From NCBI GenBank assembly GCA_964016885.1, contig OZ024741.1:255750001-255814000 (forward strand): 64,000 nt of DNA. The letters run 5' to 3'. A program made the translations under genes and the position numbers. Positions 1-12,700 of this stretch are shown in pieces. Below the pieces are notes generated by a model. That model was given only the letters and a program-made list of their open reading frames with translations. It did not search any database and was not told where the DNA came from. Positions within the stretch are counted from its first letter, which is position 1, and every line of letters starts with the position of its first letter. Source of the DNA: Eledone cirrhosa. Lineage: Eukaryota.

Positions 1-2274
1 TTTGTCTTACGGGTGTTTCGGCTTACGAGTGTTTTGACTTACGAGTGTTTTGACTTAAGGGTGTTTCGACTTACGAGTATTTTTGGCTTACGAGTGTTTC
101 GACTTACGAGTGTTTTGAATTACGAATGTTCTGATTTACGGATGTTTCGACATACGAGTGTTTCGACTTACGAGTGTTTCGACTTATGAGTGTTTCGACT
201 TACGAGTGTTTCGACTTACGAGTGTTTCGGCTTATGAGTGTTTCGACTTACGAGTGTTTTGACTTACGGTGTTTCGGCTTACGAGTGTTTCGACTTACGA
301 GTGTTTTGACTTACGGGTGTTTTGACATACGAGTGTTTCGATACGAGTGTTCTGACTTACGAGGGTTCTGACTTACGTGTGTTTTGACTTACGAGTGTTC
401 TGACTTACGAGTGTTCCGACTTACGAGTGTTCCGACTTAAGAGTGTTTCGGCTTACGAGTGTTTCCGGCTTACGAGTGTTTCGACTTACGAGTGTTTTGA
501 CTTACGGGTGTTGTGAATTACGGGTGTTGTGAATTACGAGTGTTCCGATTTACGAGTGTTTCGGCTTATGAGTGTTTCGACTTACGAGTGTTTCGGCTTA
601 CGAGTGTTTCGACTTATGGGTGTTTCGACTTACGAGTGTTTTTACTTACGGTGTTTCGGCTTACGAGTGTTTCGACATACGAGTGTTCAGACTTACGAGT
701 GTTCCGACTTACGAGCGTTCCGACTTACGAGTGTTTTGACTTACGGGTGTTGTGAATTACGGGTGTTGTGAATTACGAGTGTTTCGGCGTATGAGTGATT
801 TGACTTACGAGTGTTTCGACTTACGAGTGTTTCGACTTCCGAGTGTTTCGAATTACGAGTGTTTCGACTTACGAGTGTTTTGACTTACGAGTGTTTTGAC
901 TTCGGTGTTTCTGCTTACGAGTGTTTCGACTTACGAGTGTTATGACTTACGGGTGTTTTCACATACGAGTGTTTCGACTTACGAGTGTTTTGACTTACGG
1001 GTGTTTTGACATACGAGTGTTTCGATACGAGTGTTCTGACTTACGAGTGTTCTGACTTACGAGTGTTCTGACTTACGAGTGTTTCGACATACGAGTGTTT
1101 TGACTTACGGGTGTTTCGACTTACGAGTGTTTTCACTTACGAATGTTTTGACTTACGGGTGTTTCGGCTTACGAGTGTTTCGACTTACGAGTGTTTCGGC
1201 TTACGAGTGTTTCGATTTACTAATATTTTTACTTACGAGTGTTTCGGCGTACGAGAGTTTTGACTTACGAGTGTTTCGACTTACGAGTGTTTCGACTTAC
1301 GAGTATTTTGCCTTACGAATGTTTTGACTTACGGGTGTTTCGGCTTACGAGTGTTTCGACTTACGAGTCTTTCGGCTTACGAGTGTTTCGACTTACTAAT
1401 GTTTTTAATTACGAGTGTTTCGGCGTACGAGTGTTTCGACATCCGAGTGTTTCGACTTACGGGTGTTTTGACTTACGGGTGTATCGGCTTACGAGTGTTT
1501 TGACTTACGAGTGTTTTGACTTAAGGGTGTTTCGACTTACGAGTATTTTTGGCTTACGAGTGTTTCGACTTACGAGTGTTTTGACTTACGAGTCTTCTGA
1601 TTTACGGATGTTTCGACATACGAGTGTTTCGACTTACGAGTGTTTCGACTTATGAGTGTTTCGACTTACGAGTGTTTCGACTTACGAGTGTTTCGGCTTG
1701 TGATTGTTTCGACTTACGAGTGTTTTGACTTACGGTGTTTCAGCTTACGAGTGTTTCGACTTACGAGTGTTTTGACTTACGGGTGTTTTGACATACGAGT
1801 GTTTCGATACGAGTGTTCTGACTTACGAGTGTTCTGACTTACGAGTGTTTTGACTTACGAGTGTTCTGACTTACGAGTGTTCCGACTTACGAGTGTTCCG
1901 ACTTACGAGTGTTTCGGCTTACGAGTGTTTTGACTTAAGGGTGTTTCGACTTACGAGTGTTTCGATACGAGTGTTTCGACTTACGAGTGTTTCGGCTTAC
2001 GAGTGTTTCGACTTACGAGTGTTTCGACTTACGAGTGTTCCGACTTACGGGTGTTTCGACTTACGAGTGTTTTGGCTTACGTTGTTTCGACTTACGAGTG
2101 TTTCGAGTTAAGAGTGTTTTGACTTACGAGTGTTCTGATTTACGAGTGTTCTGACTTACGAGTGTTCTGACTTACGAGTGTTCTGACTTACGAGTGTTCT
2201 GACTTACGAGTGTTCCGACTTTACGAGTGTTTCGGCTCACGAGTGTTTCGGCTTACGAGTGTTTCGACTTACGA

Positions 2275-2343
2275 AAATAACAAATAGACGCGGTTTCAAA
2301 TCTCTATGCTTTTCAAATTCATTACATTAATCTTTATTTATAC
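2275..2343. repeat. 69-bp AT-rich interruption of array A, copy 1
   Basis: AAATAACAAATAGACGCGGTTTCAAATCTCTATGCTTTTCAAATTCATTACATTAATCTTTATTTATAC lies between GACTTACGA and GTTTCGCTTTACGAG. Confidence 0.95.
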
Positions 2344-3107
2344 GTTTCGCTTTACGAGTGTTTCGACTTACGAGTGTTTCGACATAAGAGTGTTTCGACT
2401 TACGAATGTTTTTGCTTACGGGTGTTTCGACTTACGAATGTTTTTGCTTACGAGTGTTTCGGTTTACGAGTGTTCCGACTTACGAGTGTTCCGACTTACG
2501 AGTGTTTCGGCTTACGAGTGTTTCCGGCTTACGAGTGTTTCAACTTACGAGTGTTCTGACTTACGAGTGTTCTGATTTACGGATGTTTCGACACACGAGT
2601 GTTTTGAATTACGAGTGTTTCGACTTACGAGTGTTTTGACTTACGGGTGTTTTGACATACGAGTGTTTCGATACGAGTGTTTCGACTTACGAGTGTTCTG
2701 ACTTACGAGTGTTCTGACTTACGAGTGTTCTGACTTACGAGTGTTTTTACTTACGAGTGTTCCGACTTACGAGTGTTCCGACTTACGAGTGTTTCGGCTT
2801 ACGAGTGTTTCGGCTTACGAGTGTTTCGACTTACGAATGTTTCGACTTACGAGTGTTCCGAGTTACGGGTGTTTCGACTTACGAGTGTTTCTGTGTACGA
2901 GTGTTTCGGCTTACGAGTGTTTCGAGTTACGAGTGTTTTGACTTACACGTGTTTTGACATACGAGTGTTTCGATACGAGTGTTCTGACTTACGAGTGTTC
3001 TGACTTACGAGTGTTCTGACTTACGAGTGTTCTGACTTACGAGTGTTCCGACTTTACGAGTGTTTCGGCTCACGAGTGTTTCGGCTTACGAGTGTTTCGA
3101 CTTACGA

Positions 3108-3176
3108 AAATAACAAATAGACGCGGTTTCAAATCTCTATGCTTTTCAAATTCATTACATTAATCTTTATTTATAC
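3108..3176. repeat. 69-bp AT-rich interruption, copy 2
   Basis: Same sequence and flanks as copy 1, 833 bp downstream (track ORF starts 2306 vs 3139). Confidence 0.95.
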
Positions 3177-4752
3177 GTTTCGCTTTACGAGTGTTTCGAC
3201 TTACGAGTGTTTCGACATACGAGTGTTTCGGCTTACGAGTGTTTTGATTTACGAGTGTTTTGACTTACGGGTGCTTCGACTTACGCGTGTTTCGACTTAC
3301 GAGTGTTTCGACTTACGAGTGTTTCGACTTACGAGTGTTTCGGCTTACGAGTGTTTTGACTTACGAATGTTTTGACTTACGATTGTTTCGGCTTACGAGT
3401 GTTTCGACTTATGAGTGTTCTGACTACGAGTGTTCTGACTTACGGGTGTTCTGACTTACGAGTGTTCCGACTTACGAGTGTTTCGGCTTATGAGTGTTTC
3501 GACTTACGAGTGCTTCGACTTACGAGTGTTTCGGCTTACGGGTGTTTCGATTTACGAATGTTTTTGCTTACGAGTGTTTCGGCTTACGAGTGTTTCGGCT
3601 TATGAGTGTTTCGACTTACGAGTGTTTTGACTTACGGGTGTTTTGACATACGAGTGTTTCGATACGATTGTTCTGACTTACGAGTGTTTCCGCTTACGAG
3701 TGTTTCGGCTTACGAGTGTTTCGACTTACTAATGTTTTTACTTACGAGTGTTTCGGTGTACGAGTGTTTCGACTTAAGGATGTTTCGACTTACGAGTGTT
3801 TCGACTTACGAGTGTTTCGACTTACGAGTGTTTCGACTTACGAGTGTTTTGGCTTACGAATGTTTTGACTTACGGGTGTTTCGACTTACGAGTGTTTCGG
3901 CTTATGAGTGTTTCGACTTACGGGCGTTTCGACTTACGGGTGTTTCGACTTACGAGTGTTTTGGCTTACGAATGTTTTGAATTACGGGTGTTTCGACTTA
4001 CGAGTGTTTCGACTTATGAGTGTTTCGACTTACGAGTGTTTCGGCTTATGAGTGTTTCGACTTACGAGTGCTTCGGCTTACGAGTGTTTCGACTTACGAG
4101 TATTTCGGCTTACGAGTGTTTCGACGTACGAATGTTTTGGCTTACGAGTGTTTCGGCTTATGAGTGTTTCGGCTTACGAGTGTTTCGACTTACGAGTGTT
4201 TCGGCTTGCGAGTGTTTCGACTTACGAGTGTTTCGACTTACGAGTGTTTTGACTTACGGTGTTTCGGCTTACGAGTGTTTCGACATACGAGTGTTTTGAC
4301 GTACGGGTGTTTCGACTTACGGGTCTTTCGACTTAAGAGTGTTTCGACTTACGAGCGCTTCGACTTACGAGTGTTTCGACTTACGAGTGTTTCGGCGTAT
4401 GAGTGTTTTGACTTACGAGTGTTTCGAATTACGAGTGTTTCGACTTACGAGTGTTTTGACTTACGAGTGTTTTGACTTACGGTGTTTCTGCTTACGAGTG
4501 TTTCGACTTACGAGTGTTATGACTTACGGGTGTTTTGACATACGAGTGTTTCGACTTACGAGTGTTTTGACTTACGGGTGTTTTGACATACGAGTGTTTC
4601 GATACGAGTGTTCTGACTTACGAGTGTTCTGACTTACGAGTGTTCTGACTTACGAGTGTTCTGACTTACGAGTGTTCTGACTTACGAGTGTTCCGACTTT
4701 ACGAGTGTTTCGGCTCACGAGTGTTTCGGCTTACGAGTGTTTCGACTTACGA

Positions 4753-4821
4753 AAATAACATATAGACGCGGTTTCAAATCTCTATGCTTTTCAAATTCAT
4801 TACATTAATCTTTATTTATAC
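4753..4821. repeat. 69-bp AT-rich interruption, copy 3
   Basis: Same sequence except AACAAATAG>AACATATAG. Confidence 0.95.
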
Positions 4822-6692
4822 GTTTCGCTTTACGAGTGTTTCGACTTACGAGTGTTTCGACATACGAGTGTTTCGGCTTACGAGTGTTTTGATTTACGAG
4901 TGTTTTGACTTACGGGTGCTTCGACTTACGCGTGTTTCGACTTACGAGTGTTTCGACTTACGAGTGTTTCGACTTACGAGTGTTTCGGCTTACGAGTGTT
5001 TTGACTTACGAATGTTTTGACTTACGATTGTTTCGGCTTACGAGTGTTTCGACTTACGAGTGTTCTGACTACGAGTGTTCTGACTTACGGGTGGTCTGAC
5101 TTACGAGTGTTCCGACTTACGAGTGTTTCGGCTTATGAGTGTTTCGACTTACGAGTGCTTCGACTTACGAGTGTTTCGGCTTACGGGTGTTTCGAGTTAC
5201 GAATGTTTTTGCTTACGAGTGTTTCGGCTTACGAGTGTTTCGGCTTATGAGTGTTTCGACTTACGAGTGTTTTGACTTACGGGAGTTTTGACATACGAGT
5301 GTTTCGATACGATTGTTCTGACTTACGAGTGTTTCCGCTTACGAGTGTTTCGGCTTACGAGTGTTTCGACTTACTAATGTTTTTACTTACGAGTGTTTCG
5401 GTGTACGAGTGTTTCGACTTAAGGATGTTTCGACTTACGAGTGTTTCGACTTACGAGTGTTTCGACTTACGAGTGTTTCGAGTTACGAGTGTTTTGGCTT
5501 ACGAATGTTTTGACTTACGGGTGTTTCGACTTTCGAGTGTTTCGGCTTATGAGTGTTTCGACTTACGGGCGTTTCGACTTACGGGTGTTTCGACTTACGA
5601 GTGTTTTGGCTTACGAATGTTTTGACTTACGGGTGTTTCGACTTACGAGTGTTTCGACTTATGAGTGTTTCGACTTACGAGTGTTTCGGCTTATGAGTGT
5701 TTCGACTTACGAGTGCTTCGGCTTACGAGTGTTTCGACTTACGAGTATTTCGGCTTACGAGTGTTTCGACGTACGAATGTTTTGGCTTACGAGTGTTTCG
5801 GCTTATGAGTGTTTCGGCTTACGAGTGTTTCGACTTACGAGTGTTTCGGCTAACGAGTGTTTCAGTGTTTCGGCTTACGTGTGTTTCGACTTACGAGTGT
5901 TTCGACTTACGACTGTTTCGACTTACGAGTGTTTCGGCTTACGAGTGTTTCGGATTACGAGTGTTTTGACTTACGATTGTTTGGCTTACGAGTGTTCTGA
6001 CTTACGGGTGTTCTGACTTACGAGTGTTCCGACTTACGAGTGTTTCGGCTTATGAGGGTTTCGACTTACGAGTGCTTCGGCTTACGAGTGTTTCGACTTA
6101 CGAGTGTTTCGGCTTGCGAGTGTTTCGACTTACGAGTGTTTCGACTTACGAGTGTTTTGACTTACGGTGTTTCGGCTTACGAGTGTTTCGACATACGAGT
6201 GTTTTGACGTACGGGTGTTTCGACTTACGGGTCTTTCGACTTAAGAGTGTTTCGACTTACGAGCGCTTCGACTTACGAGTGTTTCGACTTACGAGTGTTT
6301 CGGCGTATGAGTGTTTTGACTTACGAGTGTTTCGACTTACGAGTGTTTCGACTTACGAGTGTTTCGAATTACGAGTGTTTCGACTTACGAGTGTTTTGAC
6401 TTACGAGTGTTTTGACTTACGGTGTTTCTGCTTACGAGTGTTTCGACTTACGAGTGTTATGACTTACGGGTGTTTTGACATACGAGTGTTTCGACTTACG
6501 AGTGTTTTGACTTACGGGTGTTTTGACATACGAGTGTTTCGATACGAGTGTTCTGACTTACGAGTGTTCTGACTTACGAGTGTTCTGACTTACGAGTGTT
6601 CTGACTTACGAGTGTTCTGACTTACGAGTGTTCCGACTTTACGAGTGTTTCGGCTCACGAGTGTTTCGGCTTACGAGTGTTTCGACTTACGA

Positions 6693-6761
6693 AAATAACA
6701 TATAGACGCGGTTTCAAATCTCTCTGCTTTTCAAATTCATTACATTAATCTTTATTTATAC
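6693..6761. repeat. 69-bp AT-rich interruption, copy 4
   Basis: Shares the AACATATAG variant with copy 3 and also has CTCTATG>CTCTCTG at 6724. Confidence 0.95.
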
Positions 6762-6774
6762 GTTTCGCTTTACG

Positions 6775-9700
6775 AGTGTTTCGACTTACGAGTGTTTCGA
6801 CATACGAGTGTTTCGGCTTACGAGTGTTTTGATTTACGAGTGTTTTGACTTACGGGTGCTTCGACTTACGCGTGTTTCGACTTACGAGTGTTTCGACTTA
6901 CGAGTGTTTCGACTTACGAGTGTTTCGGCTTACGAGTGTTTTGACTTACGAATGTTTTGACTTACGATTGTTTCGGCTTACGAGTGTTTCGACTTACGAG
7001 TGTTCTGACTACGAGTGTTCTGACTTACGGGTGTTCTGACTTACGAGTGTTCCGACTTACGAGTGTTTCGACTTACGAGTGTTTCGGCTTACGGGTGTTT
7101 CGACTTACGAATGTTTTTGATTACGAGTGTTTCGGCTTACGAGTGTTTCGGCTTTTGAGTGTTTCGACTTACGAGTGTTTTGACTTACGGGTGTTTTGAC
7201 ATACGAGTGTTTCGATACGATTGTTCTGACTTACGAGTGTTTCCACTTACGAGTGTTTCGGCTTACGAGTGTTTCGACTTACTAATGTTTTTACTTACGA
7301 GTGTTTCGGTGTACGAGTGTTTCGACTTAAGGATGTTTCAACTTACGAGTGTTTCGACTTACGAGTGTTTCGACTTACGAGTGTTTCGACTTACGAGTGT
7401 TTTGGCTTACGAATGTTTTGACTTACGGGTGTTTCGACTTACGAGTGTTTCGGCTTATGAGTGTTTCGACTTACGGGCGTTTCGACTTACGGGTGTTTCG
7501 ATTTAAGAGTGTTTTGGCTTACGAATGTTTTGACTTACGGGTGTTTCGACTTACGAGTGTTTCGACTTATGAGTGTTTCGACTTACGAGTGTTTCGGCTT
7601 ATGAGTGTTTCGACTTACGAGTGCTTCGGCTTACGAGTGTTTCGACTTACGAGTATTTCGGCTTACGAGTGTTTCGACGTACGAATGTTTTGGCTTACGA
7701 GTGTTTCGGCTTATGAGTGTTTCGGCTTACGAGTGTTTCGACTTACGAGTGTTTCGGCTTACGAGTGTTTCAGTGTTTCGGCTTACGTGTGTTTCGACTT
7801 ACGAGTGTTTCGACTTACGACTGTTTCGGCTTACGAGTGTTTCGGCTTACGAGTGTTTCGGCTTACGAGTGTTCTGACTTACGGGTATTCTGACTTACGA
7901 GTGTTCCGACTTACGAGTGTTTCGGCTTATGAGGGTTTCGACTTACGAGTGCTTCGGCTTACGAGTGTTTCGACTTACGAGTGTTTCGACTTACGAGTGT
8001 TTCGACTTACGAGTGTTTCGACTTACGAGTGTTTTGACTTACGGTGTTTCGGCTTACGAGTGTTTCGACATACGAGTGTTTTGACGTACGGGTGTTTCGA
8101 CTTACGGGTCTTTCGACTTAAGAGTGTTTCGACTTACGAGCGCTTCGACTTACGAGTGTTTCGACTTACGAGTGTTTCGGCGTATGAGTGTTTTGACTTA
8201 CGAGTGTTTCGACTTACGAGTGTTTCGACTTACGAGTGTTTCGAATTACGAGTGTTTCGACTTACGAGTGTTTTGACTTACGAGTGTTTTGACTTACGGT
8301 GTTTCTGCTTACGAGTGTTTCGACTTACGAGTGTTATGACTTACGGGTGTTTTGACATACGAGTGTTTCGACTTACGAGTGTTTTGACTTACGGGTGTTT
8401 TGACATACAAGTGTTTCGATACGAGTGTTCTGACTTACGAGTGTTCTGACTTACGAGTGTTCTGACTTACGAGTGTTTCGACATACGAGTGTTTTGACTT
8501 ACGGGTTTTTCGACTTACGAGTGTTTTGACTTACGAATGTTTTGACTTACGGGTGTTTCGGCTTACGAGTGTTTCGACTTACGAGTGTTTCGACTTACTA
8601 ATGTTTTTACTTACGAGTGTTTCGGCGTACGAGAGTTTTGACTTACGAGTGTTTCGACTTACGAGTGTTTCGACTTACGAGTATTTTGACTTACGAATGT
8701 TTTGACTTACGGGTGTTTCGGCTTACGAGTGTTTCGACTTACGAGTGTTTCGGCTTACGAGTGTTTCGACTTACTAATGTTATTACTTACGAGTGTTTCG
8801 GCGTACGAGTGTTTCGACTTCCGAGTGTTTCGACTTACGGGTGTTTTGACTTACGGGTGTTTCGGCTTACGAGTGTTTTGACTTACGAGTGTTTTGACTT
8901 AAGGGTGTTTCGACTTACGAGTATTTTTGGCTTACGAGTGTTTCGACTTACGAGTGTTTTGACTTACGAGTGTTCTGATTTACGGATGTTTCGACATACG
9001 AGTGTTTCGACTTACGAGTGTTTCGACTTATGAGTGTTTCGACTTACGAGTATTTCGACTTACGAGTGTTTCGGCTTATGATTGTTTCGACTTACGAGTG
9101 TTTTGACTTACGGTGTTTCAGCTTACGAGTGTTTCGACTTACGAGTGTTTTGACTTACGGGTGTTTTGACATACGAGTGTTTCGATACGAGTGTTCTGAC
9201 TTACGAGTGTTCTGACTTACGAGTGTTCCGACTTACGAGTGTTCCGACTTACGAGTGTTTCGGCTTACGAGTGTTTCCGGCTTACGAGTGTTTCGACTTA
9301 CGAGTGTTTTGACTTTCGGTGTTTCGGCTTACGAGTGATTCGACTTACGAGTGTTTTGACTTACGGGTGTTTTGACTTACGGGTGTTGTGAATTACGAGT
9401 GTTCCGATTTACGAGTGTTTTGACTTACGGTGTTTCGGCTTACGAGTGATTCGACTTACGAATGTTTTGACTTACGGGTGTTTCGGCTTGCGAGTGTTTC
9501 GACTTACGAGTGTTTCGGCTTATGAGTGTTTCGACTTACTAATGTTTTTACTTACGAGTGTTCTGACTTACGACTGTTCCGACTTACGAGTGTTCCGACT
9601 TACGAGTGTTTCGGCTTACGAGTGTTTCCGGCTTACGAGTGTTTCGACTTACGAGTGTTTCGACTTACGAGTGTTTCGGCTTATGAGTGTTTCGACTTAC

Positions 9701-12700
9701 TACTGTTTTTACTTACGAGTGTTTCGCGTACGAGTGTTTTGACTTACGAGTGTTTCGAATTACGAGTGTTTTGACTTACGAATGTTTTGACATACGGGTG
9801 TTTCGGCTTACGAGTGTTTCGACTTACGAGTGTTTCGGCTTGCGAGTGTTTCGACTTACTAATGTTTTTACTTACGAGTTTTTCGGCGTACGAGTGTTTC
9901 GACTTACGAGTGTTTCGACTTACGAGTGTTCTGACTTACGAGTGTTCTGATTTACGGATGTTTCGACATACGAGTGTTTCGACTTACGAATGTTTCGACT
10001 TACGAGTGTTTTGACTTACGGGTGTTTTGACATACGAGTATTTCGATACGAGTGTTTCGACTTACGAGTGTTCTGACTTACGAGTGTTCTGACTTACGAG
10101 TGTTCTGACTTACGAGTGTTCTGATTTACGAGTGTTCCGACTTACGAGTGTTTCGGCTTACGAGTGTTCCGACTTAGGAATGTTTCGGCTTAGGGGTGTT
10201 TCCGGCTTACGAGTGTTTCGACTTACGAGTGTTTCGACTTTCGAGTGTTTTGACTTACGGTGTTTCGGCTTACGAGTGATTCGACTTACGTGTGTTTTGA
10301 CTTACGGGTGTTTTGACTTACGGGTGTTGTGAATTACCAGTGTTCCGATTTACGTGTGTTTTGACTTACGGTGTTTCGGCTTGCGAGTGTTTCGACTTAC
10401 GAGTGTTTCGGCTTATGAGTGTTTCGACTTACTAATGTTTTTACTTACGAGTGTTTCGGCGTTCGAGTGTTTTGACTTACGAGTGTTTCGACTTACGAGT
10501 GTTTTGACTTACGAATGTTTTGACTTACGGGTGTTTCGGCTTACGGGTGTTTCGACTTACGAGTGTTTCGACTTATGAGTGTTTCGACTTACGAGTGTTC
10601 TGACTTACGAGTGTTCTGACTTACGAGTGTTCCGACTTACGAGTGTTTCGGTTTACGAGTGTTTCGACATACGAGTGTTTTGACTTACGGGTGTTTCGAC
10701 TTACGGGTGTTTCGACTTACGAGTGTTTTGGCTTACGAGTGTTTCGACTTACTAATGTTTTTACTTACGAGTGTTTCGGTGTACGAATGTTTTGACTTAA
10801 GGATGTTTCGACTTACGAGTGTTTTGACTTACGGGTGTTTTGACATACGAGTATTTCGATACGAGTGTTTCGACTTACGAGTGTTCTGACTTACGAGTGT
10901 TCTGACTTACGAGTGTTCTGACTTACGAGTGTTCTGATTTACGAGTGTTCCGACTTACGAGTGTTTCGGCTTACGAGTGTTCCGACTTAGGAATGTTTCG
11001 GCTTAGGGGTGTTTCCGGCTTACGAGTGTTTCGACTTACGAGTGTTTCGACTTTCGAGTGTTTTGACTTACGGTGTTTCGGCTTACGAGTGATTCGACTT
11101 ACGTGTGTTTTGACTTACGGGTGTTTTGACTTACGGGTGTTGTGAATTACCAGTGTTCCGATTTACGTGTGTTTTGACTTACGGTGTTTCGGCTTGCGAG
11201 TGTTTCGACTTACGAGTGTTTCGGCTTATGAGTGTTTCGACTTACTAATGTTTTTACTTACGAGTGTTTCGGCGTTCGAGTGTTTTGACTTACGAGTGTT
11301 TCGACTTACGAGTGTTTTGACTTACGAATGTTTTGACTTACGGGTGTTTCGGCTTACGGGTGTTTCGACTTACGAGTGTTTCGACTTATGAGTGTTTCGA
11401 CTTACGAGTGTTCTGACTTACGAGTGTTCTGACTTACGAGTGTTCCGACTTACGAGTGTTTCGGTTTACGAGTGTTTCGACATACGAGTGTTTTGACTTA
11501 CGGGTGTTTCGACTTACGGGTGTTTCGACTTACGAGTGTTTTGGCTTACGAGTGTTTCGACTTACTAATGTTTTTACTTACGAGTGTTTCGGTGTACGAA
11601 TGTTTTGACTTAAGGATGTTTCGACTTACGAGTGTTTCGACTTACGAGTGTTTCGGCTTACGTGAGTTTCGACTTCAGAGTGTTCTGATTTACGAGTGTT
11701 CTGACTTGCGGTTGTTTCGGCTTATGAGTGTTTCGACTTACGAGTGTTTCGGCTTACGAGTGTTTCGATTTATGGGTGTTTCGACTTACGAGTGTTTTTA
11801 CTTACGGTGTTTCGGCTTACGAGTGTTTCGACATACGAGTGTTTTGACTTACGGGTGTTTCGGCTTACGAGTGTTTCGACTGACGAGTGTTTCGGCTTAC
11901 GAGTGTTTCGACTTACTAATGTTTTTAATTACGAGTGTTTCGGCGTACGAGAGTTTTGACTTACGAGTGTTTCGACTTACGAGTGATTTGACTTACGAAT
12001 GTTTTGACTTACGGGTGTTTCGGCTTATGAGTGTTTCGACTTACGAGTCTTTCAGCTTACGAGTGTTTCGACTTACTAATGTTTTTACTTACGAGTGTTT
12101 CGGCGTACGAGTGTTTCGACTTACGAGTGTTTCGACTTACGGGTGTTTTGACTTATGGGTGTTTCGGCTTACGAGTGTTTCGACTTACGAGTGTTTTGAC
12201 TTGCGGGTGTTTCGACTTACGAGTATTTTTGGCTTACGAGTGTTTCGACTTACGAGTGTTTTGACTTACGAGTGTTCTGATTTACGGATGTTTCGTCATA
12301 CGAATGTTTCGACTTACGAGTGTTTCGACTTATGAGTGTTTCGACTTACGAGTGTTTCGGCTTACGAGTGTTTCGACTTACGAGTGTTTTGACTTACGGT
12401 GTTTCGGCTTACGAGTGTTTCGACTTACGATTGTTTTGACTTACGGGTGTTTTGACATACGAGTGTTTCGATACGAGTGTTCTGACTTACGAGTGTTCTG
12501 ACTTACGAGTGTTTTGACTTACGAATGTTCTGACTTACGAGTGTTCCGACTTACGAGTGTTCCGACTTACGAGTGTTTCGGCTTACGAGTGTTTCCGGCT
12601 TACGAGTGTTTCGACTTCCGAGTGTTTTGACTTACGGTGTTTCGGCTTACGAGTGATTCGACTTACGAGTGTTTTCACTTACGGGTGATTTGACTTACGG

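Noticed and set aside
2275-2343. The island as an independent MITE or SINE
   Set aside because: It has no terminal inverted repeats, target-site duplication, poly(A) tail or Pol III A/B boxes, and its flanks are the same in all copies, which indicates passive co-amplification.
2306-2575. MLFKFITLIFIYTFRF... ORFs starting in the island, resembling a signal peptide (also at 3139, 4784, 21166, 22795)
   Set aside because: Only ~13 codons are non-repeat, and AT-rich DNA naturally encodes F/I/L/Y. The ATG is lost in copy 4, and the rest is satellite of variable length.
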